This document shows, in pieces, positions 28,701-37,396 of a stretch of DNA of 64,000 nt. Position numbers and translations under genes: made by a program. This stretch comes from an uncultured bacterium (GTDB taxonomy: Bacteria; Omnitrophota; Omnitrophia; Omnitrophales; Aquincolibacteriaceae): positions 229,855 to 293,854 of the forward strand of contig CAYSSX010000001.1 of NCBI GenBank assembly GCA_964434115.1, given 5' to 3'. Position 1 is the stretch's first letter; each line of letters starts with the position of its first letter. Under the pieces are notes generated by a model. It did no database searches. It had not been told where the DNA came from and was given only the letters and a program-made list of their open reading frames with translations.

Positions 28701-31700
28701 GGCATCAGCTCCCCATCGGAAGCGGAAGGGCTGACCTGACAATTTGGAAAACGGTAAAGAAGGTACGCAAAGTTCTTTCTTATGAGCTTCTTTTTTTCGG
28801 CATCCGGCTCAGCCGCTGCAGCCCTGCGGGCCTGAACGTCCGTTGTGCTGCGCTCAAACTTGATCACATAATTTCCATCCGCATCTTTTTTCTCTCCAGT
28901 GCCAAGCACCGGGGCGGGCTCAAAGCTTGAGGCCGCAAAAGCAATGTACCAGCCGAGAACAGCTTTGAAGAATGCCGTGGCAGCAAACCCCATCGCCGCC
29001 GCTCCCGCCACTTGAAGAACTGCGGCCGCGGCACCGAGGCGCCCTCCAGAGACCCCCATCATGTACCCGATAAAAGCCTGCTGGGCGACAGCAATACCGG
29101 CCGCCACCAATGCCCCGTGAGCAGATTCGGCAACAATGTTTGCCCCTATCTGGGCGTATACCTTAGTGAAGGTTCGATTACCGATAAGATCCCGGGTGCC
29201 GCATTTTTGGCAGCTGGGGGTCGAAGTCATACTTGCTTCCGCGGAAGGAATAAACCAGTCCAGAACAGAGATCATTTTTTTAAGTGTGGATTTTGACTCA
29301 TCACCGGAAAGGCCGCCAGGCCCTCCCCCTCCACCGCTGCCGCCGCCCGAACCCAGCGGGGAAAAAGGCGGGGTTGGAAGCTTGGACTTTGCATCAATTC
29401 CGTTAAGCTGTAAAAGTGCCGTGGATGAAGCATCCAGCGTGCGGGCGTTGTAAACCATAAAACTGGAACATAAAAGAAACATCTGAAAGCGGTTGAAGCG
29501 GGTTCCTTCCGTGATAATCGGAACTTCTGTGGAGAGTGTCACGCCTTCATTAAAAAGAACCAGGGCCATGGCATTGCTGGGGTCTGAAGGATTTGCCCAG
29601 GCTTCGTTGGCCGCCTCCTGAAAACCGTTGATGACGTCGTTAACCGAAAGTCCAAAGGGGAAACTAAAGGCCGACTGCAGCATGGCCACAAAATCTTTAA
29701 GGGTGACGGCCTCGCCAATCATGAGCGACTTCGCCTGACTCTCCACACCGTCCTGAGTCAAAGTAAATGCCCCAAAACCATTCACGTTGGGGTTAAGCTG
29801 TTTTCCTGCTTCATCCACAACACCCGCTTCAGTACCGCCCACAGCAATCATAGTGTCGTTCACAAGGGCCTTGGCCTGATCCAGCGTGTACTTTCCATCT
29901 TTTTTGGTTACACCACGATCAAGGACACTTGCAACCGTGGCCGCCCGGGGCAAAACACCGCCAAGGCTGGCCGGCCGCGCTAACGCCCGGAGCTTAATCA
30001 AATCCTGCAGTTGAAGGTCATCGCTGTCATCAATCAAAACATTTACGGTTCCAACTGTAAAATTAGGCTTCGTAATCAGGATCGACTGATTGCCCTGGGG
30101 AACATTCTCGAGGATAAAATTTCCTGACACATCCGCCAGCGTGAACAAATTAGTCCCGTTGATACTGACTCGCGCACCCTGGATGGGCTGATCTGTAAAT
30201 TCATCAACAACCTTCCCCTTCACTTTGGCGGAACCTTTTTCCACATTGAAAGCCACAATGGAAAAAGCCTCTTCGGATTCTGTGATGATCTTCACAATGC
30301 GGGGGCCGATGTCAGCATTCTTTGAGATCACAATCGATGCCTTGGCGCTGAGTCCGGAAAAAATCTGAAGTTTTTGTACCGTAACCCCTTCTCCGAAATC
30401 CGCCGTACTTTTACCCTCTTCAAAATGGGTATTGGAGCCCGTCAAGTCAACATCAAGTGTTTGATTTTGCTTTCCGGAAGCGGGACCAAGCACCGAAACA
30501 TAACTAGGCTTTTCCGGGCCTGCCGGTCCGCCGGCCAACCCCACAACATTTCCCGTAATCGGCAGACTGGATTTAAATGTCGGGTTAGGTGTCGGATCCA
30601 CCACAAGATTGAGGTCTTGCGCAGGAGGCGGTGCGTCCTTGACCGTCACATGAAACGTCGCTTGGGGATTCGCTGTTCCGTCCGAGACCTGAATAACAAT
30701 GTTGTATTCACCCGCCTGATCAAATGAAGGCGTAAAATGAAACTCATGCGTATTCTCGTTGAAATAAGCGTTTTCCAGGCTGAGCGCAGGGGCCGTAAAA
30801 ACGAGCGGATCTTCTTCCGCGTCCGTAGCCGTCACAAGCACTGACAACTCTTCCCCCTCATTAACCGTCTGAAGAGGAATGGAATCAATCACGGGCGCCG
30901 TGTTTGTTTTGGTGACATGAATCGTGACAATGTTCGAGACATTCTGGTCCGCGGCTTTAGCTTCAAACGCGATGGTGTGGGTACCGACCTGGTCATTGTT
31001 CGGTATGAATTTAAAGAACTGCTGATTGAGCTCTGAGTTTTCAGGAAGCGGTTCTCCCGAAAAAAGCGCGTTGGCAAAATTGGACTGAAAAGGCAGTTGA
31101 AGCGTTTGCCCCGCGGCCACAGTGTAATCGCCGGCCGGTGAAATCAGCTGAAGCGCCGCGCTGCCGTCATAGACATCAAGGGTATATGTCTGCTCCGTGC
31201 TTGCGCCAGAGGGATCCACCGCTGTAATTTTGATTTCGTGCTGTTTGATATCAGCTGTTCCAGGCGTCCATTCGATCAAACAAGATTGATGGTTGATCGT
31301 CATCCCGTTCGGAACAACCCCTGAAAAATTAAAAACAAGCGGTTGTTTTTCAGGGTCATAGGCATCGCAATCATAAACGTATTTTTGAGCGGTCTTGGCG
31401 TAGGATGGAGGAACTGTCGTAAAAACAGGGCTTAGATTCAGCTCATCAACGTTCACCGTGAAGCTCTGAACAGCTTCGGCATTCTGAGGGTCTCTTGCCT
31501 TGATCTTGACCTCGTTCGGGCCTTTTTGATTTTTCTTTGGCGTCCATTCAAGAATCGTGGCCTTGTCCGTGGTTCCCGGACGGGTCGCTGACTTAATCGT
31601 CATACCGTCCGGCGCTGTAAGAAGGTCGTAGGTTACCGGGCTTCCTTCAGGATCAACAGCCTTAACAGAATAGAAATAGAGTTCGGTTTCAAGGGCCGAG

Positions 31701-32215
31701 TCAGGTGCGGTTGTTGTAAATGCCGGCGGTTGATTGTTAACACCCACGGGAATGATCGTGACGGGTGACAAACTGCGGCGGACCACCCGTTGAAACGCAA
31801 CAGACGCCTGCACCCGGAAACCGTTTTGCGGAGGCTGAACAATGTTTATGAGCAAGCTGAGAATGTCATCGCCCGCGGCCGCGTCCCCATTGGTTCCGTC
31901 ATCATGCATGGTGCCGAGTTTCGCAAGATTTTTTCCCGCGGCATCCACCTGATAAAGATAAACACCGTTCGGAACGACGAGAGGGTCGGCTCCGGCGCGG
32001 ACCACTCGCACGGTGATTAAAACCTGATTTGCGCCTGCGGGAGGAAGGGATCTGGGTGAAGCCACAGGAGCTTCGACAACGGGCGCGGCAAAAAGTTCAG
32101 CGGGTGAAATAACGAAAACAGAAGTGAAGGTGAGAACCAGCGCCGTCAGAAGGGACAAGGAGCGGCGCGGGTTGAGAGCTTTTAAGCGGCGGTAAAAAAA
32201 GTCGCTATTTGGCAA
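25796..32215 (-). CDS. giant (2139 aa) secreted multi-domain protein
   Basis: A Sec signal peptide begins the protein. Several cadherin-like/dystroglycan-type Ig domains follow (APVIDSIPLQTVNEGEELSVLVTATDAEEDPLVF). A CarboxypepD_reg-like domain, a Gly-rich tract (GSGGGSGGGGGPGG) and a long hydrophobic segment are present. An EF-hand pair (DTNNDHKVSLEE / DQNKDGFLDSTE) and a C-terminal repeat-rich region complete it. Confidence 0.8.
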   Translation of the reverse strand: MPNSDFFYRRLKALNPRRSLSLLTALVLTFTSVFVISPAELFAAPVVEAPVASPRSLPPAGANQVLITVRVVRAGADPLVVPNGVYLYQVDAAGKNLAKLGTMHDDGTNGDAAAGDDILSLLINIVQPPQNGFRVQASVAFQRVVRRSLSPVTIIPVGVNNQPPAFTTTAPDSALETELYFYSVKAVDPEGSPVTYDLLTAPDGMTIKSATRPGTTDKATILEWTPKKNQKGPNEVKIKARDPQNAEAVQSFTVNVDELNLSPVFTTVPPSYAKTAQKYVYDCDAYDPEKQPLVFNFSGVVPNGMTINHQSCLIEWTPGTADIKQHEIKITAVDPSGASTEQTYTLDVYDGSAALQLISPAGDYTVAAGQTLQLPFQSNFANALFSGEPLPENSELNQQFFKFIPNNDQVGTHTIAFEAKAADQNVSNIVTIHVTKTNTAPVIDSIPLQTVNEGEELSVLVTATDAEEDPLVFTAPALSLENAYFNENTHEFHFTPSFDQAGEYNIVIQVSDGTANPQATFHVTVKDAPPPAQDLNLVVDPTPNPTFKSSLPITGNVVGLAGGPAGPEKPSYVSVLGPASGKQNQTLDVDLTGSNTHFEEGKSTADFGEGVTVQKLQIFSGLSAKASIVISKNADIGPRIVKIITESEEAFSIVAFNVEKGSAKVKGKVVDEFTDQPIQGARVSINGTNLFTLADVSGNFILENVPQGNQSILITKPNFTVGTVNVLIDDSDDLQLQDLIKLRALARPASLGGVLPRAATVASVLDRGVTKKDGKYTLDQAKALVNDTMIAVGGTEAGVVDEAGKQLNPNVNGFGAFTLTQDGVESQAKSLMIGEAVTLKDFVAMLQSAFSFPFGLSVNDVINGFQEAANEAWANPSDPSNAMALVLFNEGVTLSTEVPIITEGTRFNRFQMFLLCSSFMVYNARTLDASSTALLQLNGIDAKSKLPTPPFSPLGSGGGSGGGGGPGGLSGDESKSTLKKMISVLDWFIPSAEASMTSTPSCQKCGTRDLIGNRTFTKVYAQIGANIVAESAHGALVAAGIAVAQQAFIGYMMGVSGGRLGAAAAVLQVAGAAAMGFAATAFFKAVLGWYIAFAASSFEPAPVLGTGEKKDADGNYVIKFERSTTDVQARRAAAAEPDAEKKKLIRKNFAYLLYRFPNCQVSPSASDGELMPLEAIEEPGHPNNQKDPHVGPLRFVVPITLQKDGENCFRVRTIQFIKNAERDLVEGISLYDTNNDHKVSLEEFQRGGLGDRIGFSGLDQNKDGFLDSTEYKKVTAPSTFQVNNNAPQTPYQAYLGRIDLSPDAYKSLSNQKNQEFNTAFPASRGKEQIQANVIKKMLNEMQIPDAAFLEDNKASIALGDDVFEEARIKGNELSKLPRPEGREKLKTVAEEIAKKLYQEHLGVAPKPDQVARVQDILTKHWEHGTRRAQLKEFIQANHSVGDAIHKIQDGLETEVKVRIPVAFDDPYKTGAPITDVEGDVYLLNPLKYEEVTINASNLQQVDDDFTFPDKAVAAGREAEPTVKSRFLFESMSSFLGPGSLGDFELISAPREAGPDNTGNAVLETDKLVKDAISQKTGLTPDEVTAKTKQFFNNRNSTAVDAQALQNQYAEISEITDSKVRGLNEFIREEARVSFGTKVQRPAGLSPFFEKGIGQISNVAGGYISGSWFLLAFLDSIRIIESDFSDSCWSVIRPNIPVPTETFPPTFEPHPSLYEVSAVLVGKNGPKVNVRGELKAVDGFLQKEYPGDHEFTTASSTGFPPGYISIDNQGRVYAINMNSTELYGGRIFRYKLISQDPLPDKAIRPFAMEREFVGAINYFSQMIQLARPALPITMTVGPSKKFTNAQGQQGDTQDLFVANLDLKDSKKQIMRIPVSQIDTIPNVYGELAGVPGSQGNRHRLVGQVLIDDSNLKLTGPSDMELGPDPAFPDVKQTENSVIMFSDEEVIYAIIHNPGDTFGLKKIIEIPGHRWSGLAFDKVGNFYFADYLKGSVYALTWQKLRELISGTVIISSDDELKTSGFEVATGIDGPGDIELEAVSAHPGSVLHVSTFAGILPITLPIVGVASSSIREVRLDLFNTEVAGKIDGVHHHFSVTPARDQLFKKSVVLRIRSVDAGGHESWKEQSVALSENGATILTEPLA

Positions 32216-32281
32216 AATGTTCTCTTTAAAATGTAGGGGTCTAATCCAATTCTTTATAATGTTGCGAAGGTTGAAACTTTT

Positions 32282-32932
32282 TTAATTCTTCCTGCGTGAA
32301 CGGCTGATAAGTCCCACAAGCCCTAAGGCCATAAGCGCAAAAGTCGACGGCTCCGGCACAACAGTACCGCTCGCAACAGCGTCACCCACATTCAAATCAT
32401 CCAGCGTGAAATAACTGCCCACGCCGCCGAAAGCGAAGATCGAGGCAATCGGTCCGATGCCGGAAAACGACAAGAGTGTAGGACTCCCGAGGTTCTCAAT
32501 CAAGGTCAAAGTCGAAATCGGGTTAATGGAATCCAGCGGGCCAAAGGCGTTGACCGTCAGAGGATCCCCGGTAAAAAGGTAGTCCGCGTAAGTGAAATAA
32601 CCGCTGACGCTATCCACGGGAAAGGAGGCAAACTTGATTTCAATGGACCCAAGGTCATCGGGAATCAGATCCGAATCCGTATCGATTTCGTTGGTAACCA
32701 CCGTGGTTCCAGACGTGGGAGGAAAGTCGATTTCATTAAGGGTTCCGCCAGGAGGCGCTACGGCCGCGGTCGCGTTGGTAAACACGGCATTTTGGCCGGC
32801 ATACTGATTAGTCACAATATCCAGGTCACTCAGGCCTTCGAAAGTAATGACAGAGGCCTGCGCCTGCGAAGCCATCAAGGTCACGGCCATCATGGGAAGA
32901 GCCGTCAAAAGCATTTTTCTAAAGTGAATCAT
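32282..32932 (-). CDS. PEP-CTERM sorting-signal protein (putative exosortase substrate)
   Basis: The C-terminus VVPEPSTFALMALGLVGLISRSRRKN is the canonical PEP-CTERM tripartite signal: VPEP, a transmembrane helix, then a basic tail. The chosen start is the ATG at 32932 (MIHFRKMLLTALPMMAVTLMASQAQA, a signal peptide), which has AAAGGG 9 nt upstream. The track ORF extends further to 33067. Confidence 0.75.
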   Translation of the reverse strand: MIHFRKMLLTALPMMAVTLMASQAQASVITFEGLSDLDIVTNQYAGQNAVFTNATAAVAPPGGTLNEIDFPPTSGTTVVTNEIDTDSDLIPDDLGSIEIKFASFPVDSVSGYFTYADYLFTGDPLTVNAFGPLDSINPISTLTLIENLGSPTLLSFSGIGPIASIFAFGGVGSYFTLDDLNVGDAVASGTVVPEPSTFALMALGLVGLISRSRRKN

Positions 32933-33092
32933 GGGATAAAACCCTTTCATCGCAGAATTTTTCGCGGTATTTGCAAGTATCATGCCCGCGAAATGAATAT
33001 TGGAAAATCTCTGAAAAAATCTTAACTTTACTGAACGGTCTTTAAAACTGTCCGGAAAATCGTTCAAAAAAACGGGTTTTGAATCTCTTAAA

Positions 33093-33135
33093 ATCTTTTT
33101 AAAAAAATTTTCCCGCCAAAATTCCGAAATGCGGG
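33093..33135 (-). terminator. putative intrinsic terminator downstream of gspE
   Basis: The minus-strand RNA would form a CCCGC/GCGGG hairpin with a 14-nt loop, followed by an AAAAUUUUUUU run. The stem is weak. Confidence 0.3.
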
Positions 33136-33237
33136 TAAAAGTCCCCTTTTTTCAACAACCCGCCAACTCGAACTTACCTTACAGCATGTCTCTAATTTTT
33201 AGACAGTGTCTAACGATTTAGACATTCCTTGAAGCCG

Positions 33238-34647
33238 TTAAACTGCCGCGGCCCGACGGATTTCCTCCGCGGTCGTAAGTCCTTCAGCTACTTTTTGCAG
33301 GCCATGCTCCATAAGACCAGTCATCCCCTCGTCCAGGGCAATCGACCGCAGAAAAGACGCGGGCTTTCTTTCCGCGATCGCTTCCCGGATTTTCTCACTC
33401 ACACTCATCACTTCATAGATCACGGTTCGCCCATAAAATCCGGTTCCCGCGCATTGCTCACAGGGAGGGCAGGCCTTGCGGACCAAACGCTGGGCCACGA
33501 TGCCGGTCAACGACGACGCGATCAAATGAGGCTCAATCCCCATCTCGATCAGACGCGTTACAGCCGAAGGCGCGTCATTGGTGTGGAGTGTGGAAAGAAC
33601 CAGGTGTCCGGTGAGCGCGGACCGCACCGCCATTTCAGCGGTTTCGCTATCGCGGATTTCCCCCACCATCAAACAGTCCGGGTCATGGCGAAGCATGGAA
33701 CGCAGCGCCTGCGCGAAGGTAAACCCGATCTTGTTATTGATCTGCATTTGAATGATTCCGGAAAGCTTGTATTCAATCGGATCTTCAATGGTGATGATTT
33801 TGCGTTCCAAAGAATTAAGTTCCTTCAGGCTGGCGTAAAGCGAGGTGGTTTTACCCGAGCCGGTCGGTCCGGTCACGAGAATCATTCCGTGCGGCAGGCT
33901 CAGAAATTTTCTCAGCCGCTCCAGCGCGTCCTTTTGAAATCCGAGGTCTTCGAGCGCCAGAAGTTCCAGCGGCTTCAGAATGCGGATGACAATGGCTTCA
34001 CCATGGCTCGACGGCAGAACCGAAACGCGAAGGTCAAGTTCATCCGCGGTTCTCTTGATTTTGATGCGCCCGTCCTGCGGCATGCGGCGCTCGCCGATGT
34101 CCAGGCTGGCCATGATTTTTACACGCGAAATAAGCGCGGGCGCGAGCATGCGGATTTGGTCCGGCACGCGAGCTTCACGGAGAATACCGTCCACGCGGTA
34201 GCGGATTCTGAATTTTTGATCAAAGGGTTCAATGTGAATGTCGGAAGCCCTGTGGCGCATGGCATCGAGAAGAAGTTCGTTGACGAGCTTGGCCACCGTC
34301 GCGTCATCGGCCCCGTCCTGGTCAATACATTCAAAGTCGAGAACCCCGGTCTCTTCTTTTTTGTCCTGGGTCAGACGTTCCACGGTCCCAGCGCCCACGC
34401 CGTAAAAGCGGACCAGCGCGTCCTGAATTTCCTGGCGCGGCGCCGGAGTAAAAATAATTTCCCGGTTAAGGACAATCCTTAATTCTTCACGGGAATGACG
34501 CGGCAGATCGTCAGGCACGGCCAGCTTGAGCAGGCCTCCCTGATTTTCCAGCGGAAGCACGGCGTAATGAAGCGCCACGCGCGCGGGCACTTCCTGAAGA
34601 AGCGCCTGCGGAATTTCAATTTTCTTTAAATTAAGGACACTGTGCAT
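33238..34647 (-). CDS. gspE: type II secretion system ATPase
   Basis: The T2SE N-terminal domain is followed by Walker A VTGPTGSGKTT. Asp and His boxes and the tetracysteine CPPCEQC...GTG motif are present. The start overlaps the stop of the GspM-like gene by 1 nt. Confidence 0.9.
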   Translation of the reverse strand: MHSVLNLKKIEIPQALLQEVPARVALHYAVLPLENQGGLLKLAVPDDLPRHSREELRIVLNREIIFTPAPRQEIQDALVRFYGVGAGTVERLTQDKKEETGVLDFECIDQDGADDATVAKLVNELLLDAMRHRASDIHIEPFDQKFRIRYRVDGILREARVPDQIRMLAPALISRVKIMASLDIGERRMPQDGRIKIKRTADELDLRVSVLPSSHGEAIVIRILKPLELLALEDLGFQKDALERLRKFLSLPHGMILVTGPTGSGKTTSLYASLKELNSLERKIITIEDPIEYKLSGIIQMQINNKIGFTFAQALRSMLRHDPDCLMVGEIRDSETAEMAVRSALTGHLVLSTLHTNDAPSAVTRLIEMGIEPHLIASSLTGIVAQRLVRKACPPCEQCAGTGFYGRTVIYEVMSVSEKIREAIAERKPASFLRSIALDEGMTGLMEHGLQKVAEGLTTAEEIRRAAAV

Positions 34648-35162
34648 TAACGCAGGCTCCTGGCCAAAGTAATTTCATAGAAAAAAACGCCTGGTTCACC
34701 GTCTTCTTTTTTCATGGCGAACGATTCCACGCGCGACAAGGGGTCGCTTTCTTTCAAGTAATAAAGCAGTCCCGAAAATTTCCGGATGTCCCCGCGGAAA
34801 GCCGCATAAAGCCGGGCTTCTTCAACAGAACCTTTTTTACGGATACCCTGGGGCTCCAGTTTGGTAAAGAGAAGCTGCTGCGACGAGGAGTAAGCCAGCA
34901 GTTCCTTGATCCAGCTGTTCATCATGGCTTCCCCGCTGACCTTGCTGTCAAAGGAGTTTTTATAAAGCTCCCATTCCCCCTCATAGTTCGCGCGGTCCGC
35001 GATCATCTGCTGTTGATGGGCCAGCGAAGAGCGCCGCTCAGACAAAAGTTTTTCCTTTTTCTGAAGTGACGGGAAAAAGAGAAGTGACGCGATTAAGGCC
35101 AGCGAAAGAAACAAGCCGCCGGCCGCGCCCGCACTGGTCAGTTTAGTTTTTAATTCTTCCAT
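34647..35162 (-). CDS. gspM: T2SS protein M-like (single N-terminal TM helix + periplasmic domain)
   Basis: The size of 171 aa and the topology fit GspM. It sits between the GspL-like gene and gspE. The call rests on position and architecture. Confidence 0.5.
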   Translation of the reverse strand: MEELKTKLTSAGAAGGLFLSLALIASLLFFPSLQKKEKLLSERRSSLAHQQQMIADRANYEGEWELYKNSFDSKVSGEAMMNSWIKELLAYSSSQQLLFTKLEPQGIRKKGSVEEARLYAAFRGDIRKFSGLLYYLKESDPLSRVESFAMKKEDGEPGVFFYEITLARSLR

Positions 35163-36469
35163 TCGCCTGTCACCTCGAAATCAAGGGCGTTTTCCACGCC
35201 GTCTTTTCTCAGCCGTGAACTGCGCAAGCGCGGCTTTCGAAATGATTCTGTATTTTCCAAACCCTCCACCAGCTCGGACACCTGCCCGTAGGAAGGGCTG
35301 GCCCCGCTGAACACCACTTCGTTCCCCTCCACCCGCAGTTCCCGCAGGCGGATGGATGAGGGCGTGGTTACGGCCAGATCTTTAAGAAGGCCCAGTACCC
35401 GCGTTTTGGATTCCTGCGCCGCGCGGACCCGTTCAAGAGAAGTCACGATTCTTTCCGCTTCCGCAGCCGGGCGTGCATTTTGCTGCATCTGCAGCCAAAG
35501 CTTTCGATTGGCTTTATCCACCCCCTGGGCACGCACCCAGGAACCGGCCAGAAACAGGGCCAGCAAAACGGCGGCGATTTTGATGATGTCTTTTTCAAGC
35601 GCGCTCTTTTCCCGCTGGCGCTTCTGGATTTTTTCTTCTTTCGGAAGCAGGCTGATGTAGGGGTATTGCCCGTAAAGGCTGGCTCCCCAGAAAGGCGCGG
35701 GTTCCCTCGCCCCAAACACTTCAAGCGGCGCGGAGAAATGGCTTGAAATGCGCGCCTGGTCCTCCGGGCTCCAGGGTCCGGCCAGCAGGATTTTCTGGGC
35801 TTTCGAATCACTTTCCAGCAGTTTCAGCGAAATCTCGGCCAGAATATCCGATGTCAAACTCCCGGTTTCTGAAGAGCACTCAAAGGTCCGCGAAAAAACA
35901 ATGGCGCCCTGCTTCACAAACAAGGCCAGCAGACGGCCGTTACTGCGTTCCAGCACCAGCGCGGGACCGCGCTCCTTGTTTTCCAGACAGGCCCACAAAA
36001 GCGTCTGGTCTTCGGTCACAATTTCCATGCTTCCGGGTTCCAGGCCCGCGTCCTGAAGAAAAGAAATTACCTCCCGGATCTTTTTTTCCGGGGCAGCCAT
36101 CAAAACACCTTCGGTTTTTTCAGCGCCTGAATCCATCCGGATACCCCAGGCCATTTCTTTCACGGAAAAAGGCAAAATCGTCTGCAAACGGGTTTCCAGT
36201 TCTTCCTTGATGCTCTGCTGAGAACCTTTGGCAAAACTCAGTTCCTTTTGAAGGATTTCGGAACGGGACAAAATTACCAGCACGTCTTTCGCGGGAACGG
36301 CGCCGGCAAAAGCAGCCACGGTTTCGCGGATTTTTTCTTTAGACGCTTCGCGGATAAAAAGGGTTTCCGCTTTCTGAATCTGTGCGCCCTGAACACGCAG
36401 AAGCGAAAGATTCATGGAATCCAACCGGACTGCGAGCAGGTCTTTAGGGTTCAGATCAGCCAGTTTCAC
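35150..36469 (-). CDS. gspL: T2SS protein L-like (cytoplasmic actin-like domain, TM helix, periplasmic PilN-like domain)
   Basis: The protein is 439 aa. An N-terminal cytoplasmic domain is followed by a central TM segment (IAAVLLALFLAGSWV) and a C-terminal periplasmic domain. It lies between gspK and gspM. Confidence 0.55.
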   Translation of the reverse strand: MKLADLNPKDLLAVRLDSMNLSLLRVQGAQIQKAETLFIREASKEKIRETVAAFAGAVPAKDVLVILSRSEILQKELSFAKGSQQSIKEELETRLQTILPFSVKEMAWGIRMDSGAEKTEGVLMAAPEKKIREVISFLQDAGLEPGSMEIVTEDQTLLWACLENKERGPALVLERSNGRLLALFVKQGAIVFSRTFECSSETGSLTSDILAEISLKLLESDSKAQKILLAGPWSPEDQARISSHFSAPLEVFGAREPAPFWGASLYGQYPYISLLPKEEKIQKRQREKSALEKDIIKIAAVLLALFLAGSWVRAQGVDKANRKLWLQMQQNARPAAEAERIVTSLERVRAAQESKTRVLGLLKDLAVTTPSSIRLRELRVEGNEVVFSGASPSYGQVSELVEGLENTESFRKPRLRSSRLRKDGVENALDFEVTGEWKN

Positions 36470-37396
36470 TTAATACTCCCGCCAGGTCAGGATTTCAAAA
36501 TTCATATTCGTGTTTTTTTCCCGCAGCACGGTCTCCGCGGTTCTCCCCGAGCTGGACACCATGGTCAAGTGCCAGCTGCGGGAGTCCGTGGTCATATAAG
36601 GAAGAAGCTGGCTGGCCATCTGCACCATGGAAACATTCGAGGTTAAATGCAGTTTCTGAAGAAAGAAATCGGACGCAAGCTCTTCGTTGAGAAACACCCC
36701 TTTTTGCCCTGAGGCGTCTACCGTGTTCCGGTATTTTTTCAAAGCTTCCACAAGATCCTTTTTTGAAAAATCACTGGCCGGTAGAGATTGAATAAAAGCT
36801 TCAAGCACCAGCATGTCCGCCGTGTTGATGTTCAGGCCCGGGAATTCCGTATACACCGTCATGTAGGGCCGGAGTTTTTCAATGTCTTCCGCCTCCACGT
36901 CTTCCAAAAGGTAGAGCTCTTCCAAAGACAGAATCTTTCCGTCGCCCCTGAGTTTCAAAATGGCTTTGGAAAAATCCTTGGCCTCGCCTTTTAAATTCGC
37001 GCCGCTGTCATTCACGGTTTTAAACAAACTTTCAAGCAGGGCCTGAGGGGCTTTGTTTATATCTATCCGTGACTCTTCATCCTGCACGGTCACGGTCATG
37101 TGCCGGTCCTCAAAATCAGGCGATTTCACCTTCCCATACCAATCGTCCAGCGGCGAATCCTCCGCCGGCGCGGCATCTTCAAGAATCATCTGGCCCAGTA
37201 AATTCACCGCGGTCATAAACTCGGCCCGGCTCTCGAAGTTCTGGGTTTCGCGCTTCAGGAGAACCGCCTGCTGGCCTGCCTGAAAAGCCACGCTGGAAAT
37301 GAAAATAGAAAATACGGACAGGGTCCAAAGGGATGCGATCAGGACAGAGCCTTGGGTCCCGGGAGTCTTGGATAAAAATTTATTTTTCGTGATCAT
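36470..37396 (-). CDS. gspK: T2SS minor pseudopilin K
   Basis: The N-terminal TM segment SVLIASLWTLSVFSIF is present. Two GspK-type helix-hairpin-helix motifs occur (DINKAPQALLESLF and NINTADMLVLEAF). I chose the start MITKNKF..., whose ATG overlaps the gspJ stop as ATGA. The track ORF extends to 37459. Confidence 0.7.
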   Translation of the reverse strand: MITKNKFLSKTPGTQGSVLIASLWTLSVFSIFISSVAFQAGQQAVLLKRETQNFESRAEFMTAVNLLGQMILEDAAPAEDSPLDDWYGKVKSPDFEDRHMTVTVQDEESRIDINKAPQALLESLFKTVNDSGANLKGEAKDFSKAILKLRGDGKILSLEELYLLEDVEAEDIEKLRPYMTVYTEFPGLNINTADMLVLEAFIQSLPASDFSKKDLVEALKKYRNTVDASGQKGVFLNEELASDFFLQKLHLTSNVSMVQMASQLLPYMTTDSRSWHLTMVSSSGRTAETVLREKNTNMNFEILTWREY

